A DNA stretch of 64,000 bases, taken from NCBI GenBank assembly GCA_963716255.1, contig OY970303.1, positions 6,432,001-6,496,000 of the forward strand. Reading direction: 5' to 3'. This document shows, piece by piece, positions 7,405 through 17,006 of the stretch (the first letter of the stretch is position 1; each line of letters begins with the position of its first letter). Under the pieces are notes generated by a model that saw only the letters and a list, made by a program, of their open reading frames with translations, made no database searches and was not told the DNA's origin. The stretch comes from an uncultured Gemmatimonadales bacterium. GTDB lineage: Bacteria > Gemmatimonadota > Gemmatimonadetes > Longimicrobiales > Longimicrobiaceae. The position numbers and the translations under genes are program-made.

Positions 7405-9921
7405 CTACATGCTGCCGATGGGCGTGCCCGGCGGGAGCGGAAGCGGCTGCGACGGCTGCGTGGGCTCCGCGCCGCGCTCCAGGAAGCGCCGCGCGTCGCG
7501 CGCCGCCGCCGCCTCGTGCGCCCGCTGCGCCGCGTCGGACGAGCGCCGCCCCTCCAGCCGCCGCGCCAGCTCGGCGAGCTGAAGCTCCGCCGAGGCGCGC
7601 ACCTGCGCGGTGGCCTGCCGGTCCGCCGCCAGCGCGATCAGCCGGTCCAGCACCGCCCGCTGCGCCACTCGCCGCAGCGCCGCGTCGCGGGCGCCGGCGG
7701 GCGTCGGCTGGCCCCAGGTGCCCTCCACCAGCCGCCCCATCACCTCGTCCAGCGAGGGCGCCGCCGCGTCGCGGGCGTGAAAGGACACCAGGCGCGCCGC
7801 CCGCTCGCGCTGGAGCACCCCGTCCGCCACCGACGCGGCGAGCGACTGCGCCGCGGCCAGCGGGTCGAAGGCGCCCCCCAGCGGCGACGAGAACGACCAC
7901 GCGGTGGAAGCGTAGCCGTAGGGCGGGGGAGGGATCAGCGCCGCCACCCGCTCCGGGATCGCCAGCGCCTCCGGCTGGATGGCGCGCACCAGCAGCGCCA
8001 GCGCCCGGCGCTGCTCCGCAGGGTCCACGACGCGCGCCGGCACCTGCCCGTCGCCCGAGCGCGCGAAGGTGTACTCCAGCCCGCCCACCGTCTTGGTCGC
8101 CGACTCCAGCGCGTAGCGGTGGTGCAGGTACACCGGCACCAGGCGCTCGCTCAGGTTCCACAGGGGCTCGCCCGCCGGGATCGCCGCGGCCGAGAAGCGG
8201 TCCAGAAGCACCCGGCGCACCGCCATGGTGCGCTCCAGCTCCGCCACCCGGTCGCTCCCCAGCGCCCAGCGCGTCACCTCCGGCATGCTCCCCGACTCGT
8301 CCGCGTCGCGGTCCGTCATGAAGCGCACCCCCTCGCGGACCCCCTCGCGCACCAGCGCGTCCAGCCCGCGCGCCTCCGCCTCCGGGGTGGGGAACTGCGT
8401 GTAGGCGTAGCGGATCGCCAGCGTGTCGTACTCGCCCGGCCCCGCGCGGTACGCCTGCGACACGTCGATGCGGCCGTCCACCAGGCGGATCAGCGGCCCC
8501 GGGTAGTCCATCACCGACGAGCGCGCGTCCGCCGAGGCGATGAAGTTGTGCGCCAGCCCCAGCGTGTGCCCCACCTCGTGCGCCACGTGCTGCCGGCGCC
8601 GGGCCAGCGCGAACGCCTCGCCGTCCGCCCGGGGGTCCAGCCGCCCCACCCACTCGCCCACCTGCATGGCGGGGAGCGTCCCCGCGAAGATGTTGTAGTC
8701 GGTGAGCGAGCGGTACGTGTCCATCCGCACCGCCGCCTTGATGATCTCCCCCGTGCGCGGGTCCTCGAACGACGGCCCCACCGAGAAGCCGGGGTCCGTG
8801 CGGTGCACCCACTGGATCACCGAGTAGCGCGCGTCCATGGGGTCCGCGTCCGCCGGCAGGTCCCGCACCTGGAACGCGTCGATGAAGCCCGCCGCCTCGA
8901 ACACCCGGTTCCACCACGACGCCCCCTCGCGGAAGGCGGTGCGGTACGGCTCCGGGATCCCCGGGTCCAGGTAGTACACGATGGGCTTCACCGGCTCGGA
9001 CATCGCCGCCGACGGGTCCTTCTTTTCCAGGCGCCAGCGCGCGATCCAGCGCTGCACGTAGCGCCCCGTGAGCGGCTGGCTGAAGTCGTAGAAGGTCAGC
9101 GGGTTCACCCCCACCCGCGGGTCGAAGGCGCGCGGCCGGTAGCCCGAGTCCGGCAGTTCCACGAAGGAGTGGTGCTGGCGCAGCGACAGCGAGCGCCCGT
9201 CCGGCGTGTGCCGGCGGATCTCCGGGCCCGGGTTGTCGCCCGCGAAGGTGAGCAGCGCCTCCACCTCCGTGTTCTTGGGGAAAGCTTTCGTGCGCGGGAG
9301 GTAGATGGCGCTGCGGTCGCGGTCCAGGCGGAACTCGCCCTGCTGGCCGCGGCGGATGGAAGCCGCCACCCCGAAGGCGTCCTGGAGGAAGAAGTCCGTG
9401 GCGTCCACCAGCAGGCGGCCGCCCTCCTCCGCCTGGATGGCGAAGGCGCCACGCACCGAGGTGGGGAACGACTCCACCACCGCCTGCGCCTCGCCGGGGG
9501 TGCGGGCGTCCACGGCGCGGAAGCCGGTGTTCTGCTGCACCAGCAGGAGGCGGGGGCCGTGCCGCTCGAACCTCACCACCACGCCGTCGCCCAGGGTGCC
9601 GCGGTCCAGACCCAGCGCGTTGGAGCCGATCCCCGTCGCCAGCGAGTTCAGGTACAGGAAGTCCTCGCCCACGCGCGACACCTCCAGGAGCAGCTTGCCC
9701 GTCTTCGCGTCGTAGAAGAAGGGGAAGTAGCCGTCCTGGCGCTGCATGCCCGCGGTCTTCGCCGCGATGGTGTTCTGCTGCGCGCCGGACTGGCCCGGGG
9801 TGGATGACGCCTGCCTCCCGTCGGGCGCCGGAGACGGCGAGGGGCGCTGCGGCTGGGCGCAGGCGGCCAGGAGGGCGAGCGCGGCGGCGAGCGCCGGGAG
9901 CGGGGTGCGGCGTGGGGTCAT
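7405..9921 (-). CDS. zinc-dependent metalloprotease lipoprotein (EcxA/DUF4953-DUF5117 type)
   Basis: lipobox LAAC; HEVGHTLGLAH zinc motif; Met-turn SSVMDY. Confidence 0.9.
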   Translation of the reverse strand: MTPRRTPLPALAAALALLAACAQPQRPSPSPAPDGRQASSTPGQSGAQQNTIAAKTAGMQRQDGYFPFFYDAKTGKLLLEVSRVGEDFLYLNSLATGIGSNALGLDRGTLGDGVVVRFERHGPRLLLVQQNTGFRAVDARTPGEAQAVVESFPTSVRGAFAIQAEEGGRLLVDATDFFLQDAFGVAASIRRGQQGEFRLDRDRSAIYLPRTKAFPKNTEVEALLTFAGDNPGPEIRRHTPDGRSLSLRQHHSFVELPDSGYRPRAFDPRVGVNPLTFYDFSQPLTGRYVQRWIARWRLEKKDPSAAMSEPVKPIVYYLDPGIPEPYRTAFREGASWWNRVFEAAGFIDAFQVRDLPADADPMDARYSVIQWVHRTDPGFSVGPSFEDPRTGEIIKAAVRMDTYRSLTDYNIFAGTLPAMQVGEWVGRLDPRADGEAFALARRRQHVAHEVGHTLGLAHNFIASADARSSVMDYPGPLIRLVDGRIDVSQAYRAGPGEYDTLAIRYAYTQFPTPEAEARGLDALVREGVREGVRFMTDRDADESGSMPEVTRWALGSDRVAELERTMAVRRVLLDRFSAAAIPAGEPLWNLSERLVPVYLHHRYALESATKTVGGLEYTFARSGDGQVPARVVDPAEQRRALALLVRAIQPEALAIPERVAALIPPPPYGYASTAWSFSSPLGGAFDPLAAAQSLAASVADGVLQRERAARLVSFHARDAAAPSLDEVMGRLVEGTWGQPTPAGARDAALRRVAQRAVLDRLIALAADRQATAQVRASAELQLAELARRLEGRRSSDAAQRAHEAAAARDARRFLERGAEPTQPSQPLPLPPGTPIGSM

Positions 9922-9963
9922 TTGGATGTCTGCGTGGAGGAGGACGAGCATCCTTGCGTGGGG

Positions 9964-10089
9964 CCGCTCCGGAACCAGGCCAAACAGCCGGCCTGTTTCC
10001 TACGCGGGTCGCGGAGCCCCGGGAAACTGCCCCCGGGTCTCCGCTCCGGCTGCGGGAGCCTCGCCAAACTACCGGCGAGTCTCCCTCCG
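9964..10089 (+). repeat. dispersed structured repeat family B, copy 1
   Basis: CCGCTCCGGA plus three hairpins with AAAC loops, ending GTCTCCCTCCG; matches the copies at 29767 and 38555. Confidence 0.88.
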
Positions 10090-10169
10090 CTCAAGTTTTT
10101 TGGGGATGGGCGCCGGGCTCCGGCACGGCCGGTCTCGCGGCAGGCGAAGCGCCGGTCGTTCGCGCGGGG

Positions 10170-11132
10170 CTACGCCAGCGCGCCGGCCTGCTCGCGCGCG
10201 GCGCGGGGCGCGGGGGCGGCCGCGTCCGGCTCCGCAAGGGCGGACGCCGCGAAGAGCACCACCGAGATCCACACCAGGTCCGCGAGCAGCAGGTGCACCA
10301 GCTGCATCCACACCGGCGCCAGCAGCGCCAGGTTCAGGAAGCCCGCGCCCACCTGCGTCGCGAAGAGCGCGGCGACCACGACCGCCAGGCGCCGCGTGGG
10401 GGGGGCGGGGCGGAGGCGGGCCACCATGCGCGTGGCGAACACCAGGTAGGCGCCCACCGCGAGCGCCAGGGCCGGGTGAAGCACGCGCAGGCGCAGGAGG
10501 AAGTGCGCCGTGTCCGAGAAGTCCTGACGCATCCCCTCGCGCAGCGACACGGCGGGGAAGAGCGTGTCGCCCAGCGCGGCGATGGCGCCGGTGGCGCCCA
10601 GCAGCAGCATCCCCGCGAAGGCCGCCGCCAGCAGCCCGGCCGCGGCGCCCTGGCCGCGCAGGCGCACCGGCTGCCCGCCGGACGCCCACCACGCCGTCAG
10701 CGTGATCGCCCCCAGCAGGAAAAAGGTGTTCACCAGGTGCGCGATCATGGAAAAGGCGCGGTACGCCGAGGCATTGTCCGCCACCAGCTCGAAGAGCACC
10801 AGCCCCGCCCCCAGCAGCGCCTCGATCACCATCAGCACGGTGGACGCCGCCGCCGCCCGCCGCACCGCGTGGCCGCGGGGGAAGGCGCGCAGCGCCCACG
10901 CCAGCATCGCAAGCACCAGCAGGCCGGCGGCGCCGCTGGTGACGCGGTGCGTGAACTCGATCACCTGCTCCGTGCTCGCCAGGCGCGGGATCACCCGGCC
11001 GTCGCAGCGGGGCCAGTGGTCGCCGCACCCCGCGCCGGAGCCGGTCGCGCGCACGTACGCGCCCCACGCCACCACGGCGAGGTTGTATGCCAGCACGCCC
11101 CACGCGTACTTCGCGAACCCGCTCGGCTTCAT
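10170..11132 (-). CDS. ctaA: heme A synthase (COX15/CtaA family)
   Basis: GAYVRATGSGAGCGDHWPRCDG, IEFTHR and conserved His-bearing TM helices. Confidence 0.88.
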   Translation of the reverse strand: MKPSGFAKYAWGVLAYNLAVVAWGAYVRATGSGAGCGDHWPRCDGRVIPRLASTEQVIEFTHRVTSGAAGLLVLAMLAWALRAFPRGHAVRRAAAASTVLMVIEALLGAGLVLFELVADNASAYRAFSMIAHLVNTFFLLGAITLTAWWASGGQPVRLRGQGAAAGLLAAAFAGMLLLGATGAIAALGDTLFPAVSLREGMRQDFSDTAHFLLRLRVLHPALALAVGAYLVFATRMVARLRPAPPTRRLAVVVAALFATQVGAGFLNLALLAPVWMQLVHLLLADLVWISVVLFAASALAEPDAAAPAPRAAREQAGALA

Positions 11133-11368
11133 CGCTGCATCGGCTTGAGGTGGAACGGCCGCCGGCCGTCTACGGCGGTGAAAATAAAGCGTTTCGCGGC
11201 CACGGCGGCAAGCGCGCGCGCCGGGCGTGGGGAAACCCCCCACGCGGGCGTGGGGCATCCCCGGAGGCGCGGATCCTCGCCTTGGCGCAAGGTGGCGCCG
11301 CGTGTATATTTCCCGGCTTCCAGGCCGGCCGCCCGCGCGGCCGGGACGCCACCCGCTCCCGAGCACGA

Positions 11369-12466
11369 ATGCCAGACATCGCCGCCACCCACGTGCGGGA
11401 GGTCCCCCCGGGCGCCGCCCCCCTCACCGGGGAGGGCGCCGCGGCCAGCGCCGCCGACGGGATGACCACGGGGACCCAGCGGGCCGGCGTCGCCGCGTTC
11501 CGCTCGGGCGCGTCGGGGGGCGTGCGGCAGCGGCTGCGCGACTACGTCACGCTCACCAAGCCGCGGATCATCTCGCTCCTGCTGGTCACCACCGCCGCCC
11601 CCATGTTCATCGCGGTGGGCGGGTGGCCGGACGGGCGGACCGTGCTGTGGACGCTGCTGGGCGGCTACCTCATGGCGGGCGGCGCCAACGCGATCAACAT
11701 GTACATGGATCGCGACATCGACGCCGGCATGCCCCGCACCGCGCTGCGCCCCATCCCCAGCGGGCGCATGTCCCCCGGGCACGTGCTGGCGTTCGGCATC
11801 GTGCTGGGCGCCGCGGCGTTCGCCGTCTACGGCGTGCTCGTCAACCTGCTCAGCGCCGTCCTGGCGCTCGCCGGGCTGCTCTTCTACGTCTTCGTCTACA
11901 CCCGCTGGCTCAAGCGCACCTCCCCGCAGAACATCGTCATCGGCGGGGCCGCGGGCGCGTTCCCGCCTCTGGTGGGCTGGGCCGCCGCCACCGGCGAGAT
12001 CACGCTGACCGCCGTCTACATGTTCCTGATCGTGTTCTTCTGGACCCCGCCGCACTTCTGGGCGCTGGCGCTGGTCAAGCAGAAGGACTACGGCCGCGTG
12101 GGCGTGCCCATGGCCCCCAACGTGTGGGGCGAGCGCGAGACCATGCGGCAGATGGTGGTGTACACCGGCATCCTGGTGGCCGTCACGCTGGCCCCCGTCA
12201 CCTACGGCGGCATGGGCGCCGTGTACGGCGTGGCCGCGGCGCTGCTGGGCGCCTGGTTCCTGTTCGACGTGACGCGCCTCTTCCGCGCCGCCAGCTTCAC
12301 CCGGCCGGCGTGGGCGCTGTACCGCAACTCGCTGCTGTACCTGGCGCTGCTCTTCTGCGCCATGGCCGCGGACGGCGTGTTCGCGGTGGGGCGCATGCAC
12401 GGCGGCAGGGACCTGGTGATGCTCCGCAGCCCCGAGCTCGCCATGGCGGCCGAGCCCGGCCGCTGA
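11369..12466 (+). CDS. ctaB: protoheme IX farnesyltransferase (heme O synthase)
   Basis: LTKPRI, NMYMDRDID..M.RT..RPIPSG and FWTPPHFWAL motifs. Confidence 0.93.
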   Translation: MPDIAATHVREVPPGAAPLTGEGAAASAADGMTTGTQRAGVAAFRSGASGGVRQRLRDYVTLTKPRIISLLLVTTAAPMFIAVGGWPDGRTVLWTLLGGYLMAGGANAINMYMDRDIDAGMPRTALRPIPSGRMSPGHVLAFGIVLGAAAFAVYGVLVNLLSAVLALAGLLFYVFVYTRWLKRTSPQNIVIGGAAGAFPPLVGWAAATGEITLTAVYMFLIVFFWTPPHFWALALVKQKDYGRVGVPMAPNVWGERETMRQMVVYTGILVAVTLAPVTYGGMGAVYGVAAALLGAWFLFDVTRLFRAASFTRPAWALYRNSLLYLALLFCAMAADGVFAVGRMHGGRDLVMLRSPELAMAAEPGR

Positions 12467-12613
12467 CGCGTCCGCCGGCACGGAACCGGGGCCGCTCCCG
12501 CGCGCGGGAGCGGCCCCTTTGCTCGCCCCCCGTGCGTGGCGTGCGGGTTGCGTGACGCCGCGGCGAGCGGGCCCCGCGCCCGGCCGTTCCCGCGCAGCAC
12601 CCCCGGATCCCGA

Positions 12614-13423
12614 ATGCGCATCCTTTCCAGCCTGGCCCTGGCGGCCACCCTTGCCGCCGCGGTCCCGGCCGTGGGGCAAACGCCCGATTCCACCCAGCTC
12701 GCCCGCGAGCCGCTGTTCACCCGGCGCGATGCCCTGTACGCCGGCGCGTTCGTGGCCGGCGCGCTCGCGCTCGCGCCGGTGGACCGGGAGCTCGCGCGCT
12801 CCATCCAGGGCGATCCGCAGACCAACGACCTGCTGCGGGGCTCGGCCGCCGGCTTCCGGCTCCTGGGCCACCCCGGCTCCATCGGCATCTCCGGCGCGCT
12901 GTACCTGGTGGGGCGCGCCGCCGACCGCCCCTCCGTCGCCGACCTGGGGCTGCACACCGCCGAGGCCATCGTCTTCGCCCAGGTGTTCACGGTCGTCGGC
13001 AAGAACCTGGCGGGCCGCGCCCGCCCCAGCCGCGACCCCGACAACACCACCAACTTCTCGCTGGGCCGCGGGTGGGGCGACGACGACTACCAGTCCTTTC
13101 CCTCCGGCCACACCTCCGCCGCCTTCGCCGCCGCCGCCGCCGCCACCGGCGAGATCGGCCGCTGGTGGCCGCGGTACCGCGTCCCCGCCGGGATCGCGCT
13201 GTACACCGGGGCCACCCTGGTGGGCGTCTCGCGGATGTACAACAACAAGCACTGGGCGAGCGACGTCATCGCCGGCGCGGCGGTGGGCACCTTTTCCGGC
13301 TGGAAGGTCGTGAGCTACACCCACGCCCACCCGCGCAACCCCATCGACCGCATCCTCCTGCGCACCTCCGTGGTCCCGGTGGGCCCCGACCAGCTCCTCG
13401 TCGTCTGGACGTCCGCGCCGTGA
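12614..13423 (+). CDS. PAP2-family phosphatase with signal peptide (paralog of 2405..3226)
   Basis: GRARP, SFPSGH and SRMYNNKHWASDV motifs. Confidence 0.88.
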   Translation: MRILSSLALAATLAAAVPAVGQTPDSTQLAREPLFTRRDALYAGAFVAGALALAPVDRELARSIQGDPQTNDLLRGSAAGFRLLGHPGSIGISGALYLVGRAADRPSVADLGLHTAEAIVFAQVFTVVGKNLAGRARPSRDPDNTTNFSLGRGWGDDDYQSFPSGHTSAAFAAAAAATGEIGRWWPRYRVPAGIALYTGATLVGVSRMYNNKHWASDVIAGAAVGTFSGWKVVSYTHAHPRNPIDRILLRTSVVPVGPDQLLVVWTSAP

Positions 13424-13941
13424 CCCGCGGCGAAGCCGGCTGGAAGCGCGCCGTGGCCGAGCACCGCGACGCCGTGCGGCGCTTCGTCGCCACCGCCGAG
13501 GGGCTGGCCCCCGACGCCTGGACGCGCCCCCGCGCCCCGGGAAAGTGGACTCCCGCCGAGATCGCCGAGCACCTGGTGCTCTCGTACGAGACCGCGCTGG
13601 CGGAGCTGTCCGGCGGGCCGGGGATCCGCCCGCGCGCCACCGGGTGGCGACGGCTGCTGCTGCGCTGGGTGCTGCTCCCGCACATCCTCTTCCACCGCAG
13701 CTTCCCGGTGCGCGCCGTGTCCCCCCGCGAGATCCGCCCCACCGGCGCTCACGGCGACCGCGGCGCCGTGCTGGCCCGCATGCGCGAGCTCGCCGCGCGC
13801 ATGGAGCGCGAGCTGGACGTCGCCCGCGGGACCGGCGCGCTCGTCACCCACCCGTACTTCGGCGGGCTTCCCGCGGCGCGGACGCTGCGGTTTCTCGCGG
13901 TCCACGTCGAGCATCATCTTCGGCAGCTTTCTTCGTCCTGA
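13420..13941 (+). CDS. DinB family protein
   Basis: GKWTPAEIAEHL, HPYFG, HVEHHLRQL; GTGA overlap with the upstream stop. Confidence 0.82.
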   Translation: MTRGEAGWKRAVAEHRDAVRRFVATAEGLAPDAWTRPRAPGKWTPAEIAEHLVLSYETALAELSGGPGIRPRATGWRRLLLRWVLLPHILFHRSFPVRAVSPREIRPTGAHGDRGAVLARMRELAARMERELDVARGTGALVTHPYFGGLPAARTLRFLAVHVEHHLRQLSSS

Positions 13942-13960
13942 ACTTCAACTGCTGAAGGGC

Positions 13961-14178
13961 AGGGTTCGGGCGTGCCCCCGGCGGGCGCCGGGGTCGGGCT
14001 TCGGCTCCGTAGGACTGCAAACAACGCAGCCCAACGGAGTCGAGACCCGGCGGAAACAGCCCCGCCGGGTCTCGCCCCTTCGGGCCGAAATCCCTCACGC
14101 GGGGCTCGCGCTGGCGTCCGCGGGGCCCCCACCCGGCTCGCTTAGGCTCGCCACCCTCCCCCGTTCCGGGGGAGGGGC
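13961..14178 (+). repeat. repeat family A, copy 4, with 3' REP-like extension
   Basis: core to about 14102, then CCCCACCCGGCTCGCTTAGGCTCGCCACCCTCCCCC...GGGGGAGGG. Confidence 0.9.
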
Positions 14179-14284
14179 ATCTCCACGCTGCGATCCTCTC
14201 CGTCGCCGTGTCGTGCTCCCCCTCCCCCCTTGCGGGGGAGGGGGCCGGGGGGAGGGGGGGCGCCGGGTGAGGGCCTCTACGACG

Positions 14285-14316
14285 GCGCCCCCGCCGGGAT
14301 CTCCCGGCGGGGGCGC
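14285..14316. terminator. family C hairpin between convergent genes
   Basis: GCGCCCCCGCCGGGA-tc-TCCCGGCGGGGGCGC. Confidence 0.65.
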
Positions 14317-14399
14317 TTCACGTACTTCGTACTTCGAACTCCGTACTGCCGTTCACTTTCGCACTTTCGCGCTCCCGCACTCCCGGTGCCGGCGTCGCC

Positions 14400-15380
14400 T
14401 CAGCGCGCGGGCTCCGCCGGCGCGGCCGCGGCGGGCTTCGCCGCCGAGCGCACACCCGGGGCGTGCCGGCGCGAGAGCACCGCCTCCACCCGCGGCGCCG
14501 CCAGCGGAAAGGAGACCAGCTCGTGCACCCGCTCGCGGAGCTCGCGGATCGCCGCGCGGGTGACGCTTTCCGTGGCCGGGCGGCCGGTGGCCAGCGTCAC
14601 CACGGGGACGCGGGGCATGATGCGCAGCATCGCCACCTCCGCCGAGGGGACGCTCTCCTCGCCCGGGAGGAAGACGTGCCCGGGATCGTTGGAGTCGGCG
14701 CCGTAGCTTTCCAGCCCCACCGCGCGCACCACCTGGTGGAAGCGCGGCATCTGCGCCGCCGGCACGTCGTAGTCCACGGCCACCCCGGCCGGGCGGCCGG
14801 CGCGGTCCACCCGCGAGTGCCACGAGGTCAGCGTGCTGGTGGCGAACGACCCCGGCCGCGAGCGCCCCTGCTGGAAGAGGAAGGCTTGCCGGTCCGGGTG
14901 GCGCCACGTTTCCCGCCGGCCGAAGCGGATCCCCGCCTCCCCCAGCGCCCGCTCCAGGCGGATGATCTTTTCCGCGAACAGCGGGTGCAGAACCTCCAGC
15001 CCCCGGTGCGCCTTCCGCGCCTCCGGGCCGTAGCTCGTCCGCAGCACCCGCCACTCCCACGCCTCGTAGCTCTCGCCGCGCATGGGGTGGGGGAGGCCGG
15101 GGTTCCCCACCACGTGCGTCCCCGGCAGCGGGTTCGCGGGCTGGTACACCGGCACGTCCATGTACTCCGCCAGCCCGAAGCGCCCCGGCCCCGTCATCCC
15201 GTAGCGGCAGCGCATCTCCGCCGGCGAGGGGTTGCGGCGCAGCGCCGCGAAGTCCGTGCGGGCGCACGCCGGCACGTCCCTCGCCAGGGCGGCGGGGCGC
15301 GGGGCCTGCGCCTCGACGGCGGCCGCGGCGGCGGGGACCAGGGCGAGCGCGAGCAGCGTGCGGGCGTTGCGGAGGATCAT
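14400..15380 (-). CDS. secreted M15-family (L-Ala-D-Glu-type) peptidase-like protein
   Basis: signal peptide; ETWR..RQ..LFQQGRSRPG...T..SWH...GVAVD...DPGHV. Confidence 0.65.
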   Translation of the reverse strand: MILRNARTLLALALVPAAAAAVEAQAPRPAALARDVPACARTDFAALRRNPSPAEMRCRYGMTGPGRFGLAEYMDVPVYQPANPLPGTHVVGNPGLPHPMRGESYEAWEWRVLRTSYGPEARKAHRGLEVLHPLFAEKIIRLERALGEAGIRFGRRETWRHPDRQAFLFQQGRSRPGSFATSTLTSWHSRVDRAGRPAGVAVDYDVPAAQMPRFHQVVRAVGLESYGADSNDPGHVFLPGEESVPSAEVAMLRIMPRVPVVTLATGRPATESVTRAAIRELRERVHELVSFPLAAPRVEAVLSRRHAPGVRSAAKPAAAAPAEPAR

Positions 15381-15509
15381 GCGCGTGGGAGCCGGTGACG
15401 GACCGATGGCCGGGCGGAGCGGATCCACCCGGCGGGGTAAGAGCCCCGGCGCGGAGGCCGGCAAAAGCGTGTGCTGCGGCGCAACCAGTATAACCGCAGC
15501 GGGTTGCGC

Positions 15510-16301
15510 CTACAAGAGACCCTGCGTGTACCCGCCGTCCACCTGGATGGTCGCACCCGTCAGGTAGCCCGCCCGCTCCGAGGCCAGAAAGGCCACCAGC
15601 GCCGCCAGCTCCTCCGGCTCGCCCATGCGGAGCGCGGGGATCCGGGCCGCGGTGTCGCGCGACACCTCCTCCACGGGACGATTCTCCCGCCCGGCGCGGC
15701 TCCGGGCCAGCTCCTCCGTCCTCGCGGTGCGGAAGAAGCCGGGCGCAACCACGTTGCAGGTGATCCCGAAGGGGGCCAGCTCCGTCGCCATGCTCTTGAC
15801 GAAGCCCACCACCCCCGGGCGCGACGTGTTGGAAAGGATCAGCCCGGTCATGGGCTGCTTCACCGTCATCGAGGTCAGCGCCACGAAGCGTCCCCAGCGC
15901 TGCTCCTTCATGTGCGGCACGGCGGCCAGGGCCAGCCGCACCGCGCTCATCAGGTTGAGCTCCAGCGCCTGCACCACCTGCTCCGCCGTGGTGGTCTCGA
16001 AGGTGGTGGAGGGCGGGCCCCCCGCGTTCGCCATCGCCACGTGCACCGTCCCCCAGCGCCGCACCACCTCCGCCACGACCCGGTCCGCCGCTTCCGGGTC
16101 GGTGGCGTCCGCCGCCAGCGGCAGCACATCGGCCCCCGTCTCCGCCGCGATCTCCTCCGCCGCCGTGCGCAGGCGGGCCTCGTCGCGGGCCACCACGGCC
16201 ACCCGCATCCCCTCGCGCGCAAGCTCCAGCGCCACGGCGCGCCCCAGGCCGGTGCTGCCGCCCATCACGATCGCTACGCGGTCCCGCAGTCCCAGGTCCA
16301 T
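15510..16301 (-). CDS. SDR family oxidoreductase
   Basis: MDLGL, GGSTGLG, NAGGPP and DGG motifs. Confidence 0.9.
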   Translation of the reverse strand: MDLGLRDRVAIVMGGSTGLGRAVALELAREGMRVAVVARDEARLRTAAEEIAAETGADVLPLAADATDPEAADRVVAEVVRRWGTVHVAMANAGGPPSTTFETTTAEQVVQALELNLMSAVRLALAAVPHMKEQRWGRFVALTSMTVKQPMTGLILSNTSRPGVVGFVKSMATELAPFGITCNVVAPGFFRTARTEELARSRAGRENRPVEEVSRDTAARIPALRMGEPEELAALVAFLASERAGYLTGATIQVDGGYTQGLL

Positions 16302-16382
16302 GGTTTTTTCGTCGTTCCGGGTGATCCGTCCCGCCTGCAAGATAGCGAGCGGAGGGCGATGGAACAGCACTAACTGAGGACT

Positions 16383-16546
16383 GCGGGGTCGGGCGTGCCC
16401 CTCGCTGGCGCTCGGGTCGGGCTGCGCGCGGAGTAACGCACGATACGACCGTGCGTAACTCCGCCGAGCCCCGCGGAAACGGCCCCGCGGGTCTCGGCCC
16501 TGCCGGGCGCGCATCCCTCACGCGGGTCCGCGCTGGCGTCCGCGGG
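16383..16546 (+). repeat. repeat family A, copy 5 (divergent subtype)
   Basis: same termini; stems replaced by compensatory sequences (TGCGCG/CGCGCA, GGAGT/ACTCC). Confidence 0.88.
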
Positions 16547-16660
16547 TTGCGGCGGTCGTTGCCTCGGGTTCGCGGCTTGCTTCGGGCGCGGGGGGGCGCC
16601 TATGCTTTCCCGCTCGCGCGCCCGGCGGCGCACGGTTTTTTCCCCGCGGCGCGGTGCGGC

Positions 16661-16933
16661 ATGGCGAAGCCCAGGGTCAAGTTCGAGAACACACCCAACC
16701 CGCAGGCGGGCAAGTTCACCGTTGGGCGGACGCTGGTGGAAGGGCGCCACGGGCGCACCTACGACTCGGCCGAGTCCGCGGCGGGGGATCCAGTCGCGGA
16801 GGCGGTGATGGCGCTGGAGGGGGTGCGCGGCGTGTTCATGGTCGCGGACTTCGTCACCGTCACCAAGGCGCCGGAGGCGTCCTGGGGCGAGCTCGCGCCG
16901 CGCGTGCAGCAGGCCATCCGCGCCGCGCTCTGA
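16661..16933 (+). CDS. Nfu/NifU N-terminal domain protein
   Basis: ENTPNP..GKF and GVRGVF...DFVTVTK...W motifs. Confidence 0.82.
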   Translation: MAKPRVKFENTPNPQAGKFTVGRTLVEGRHGRTYDSAESAAGDPVAEAVMALEGVRGVFMVADFVTVTKAPEASWGELAPRVQQAIRAAL

Positions 16934-17006
16934 CCGTCCGGGATCTCCGTTTTCCGCTTTCGCGTCCGCTCCCGCCGACCACTCCCCACCACCTCCCTAT
17001 TCCCGC

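Noticed and set aside
10170..12466. Heme A and heme O synthases without oxidase subunit genes
   Set aside because: Separation of ctaA/ctaB from the structural genes is common
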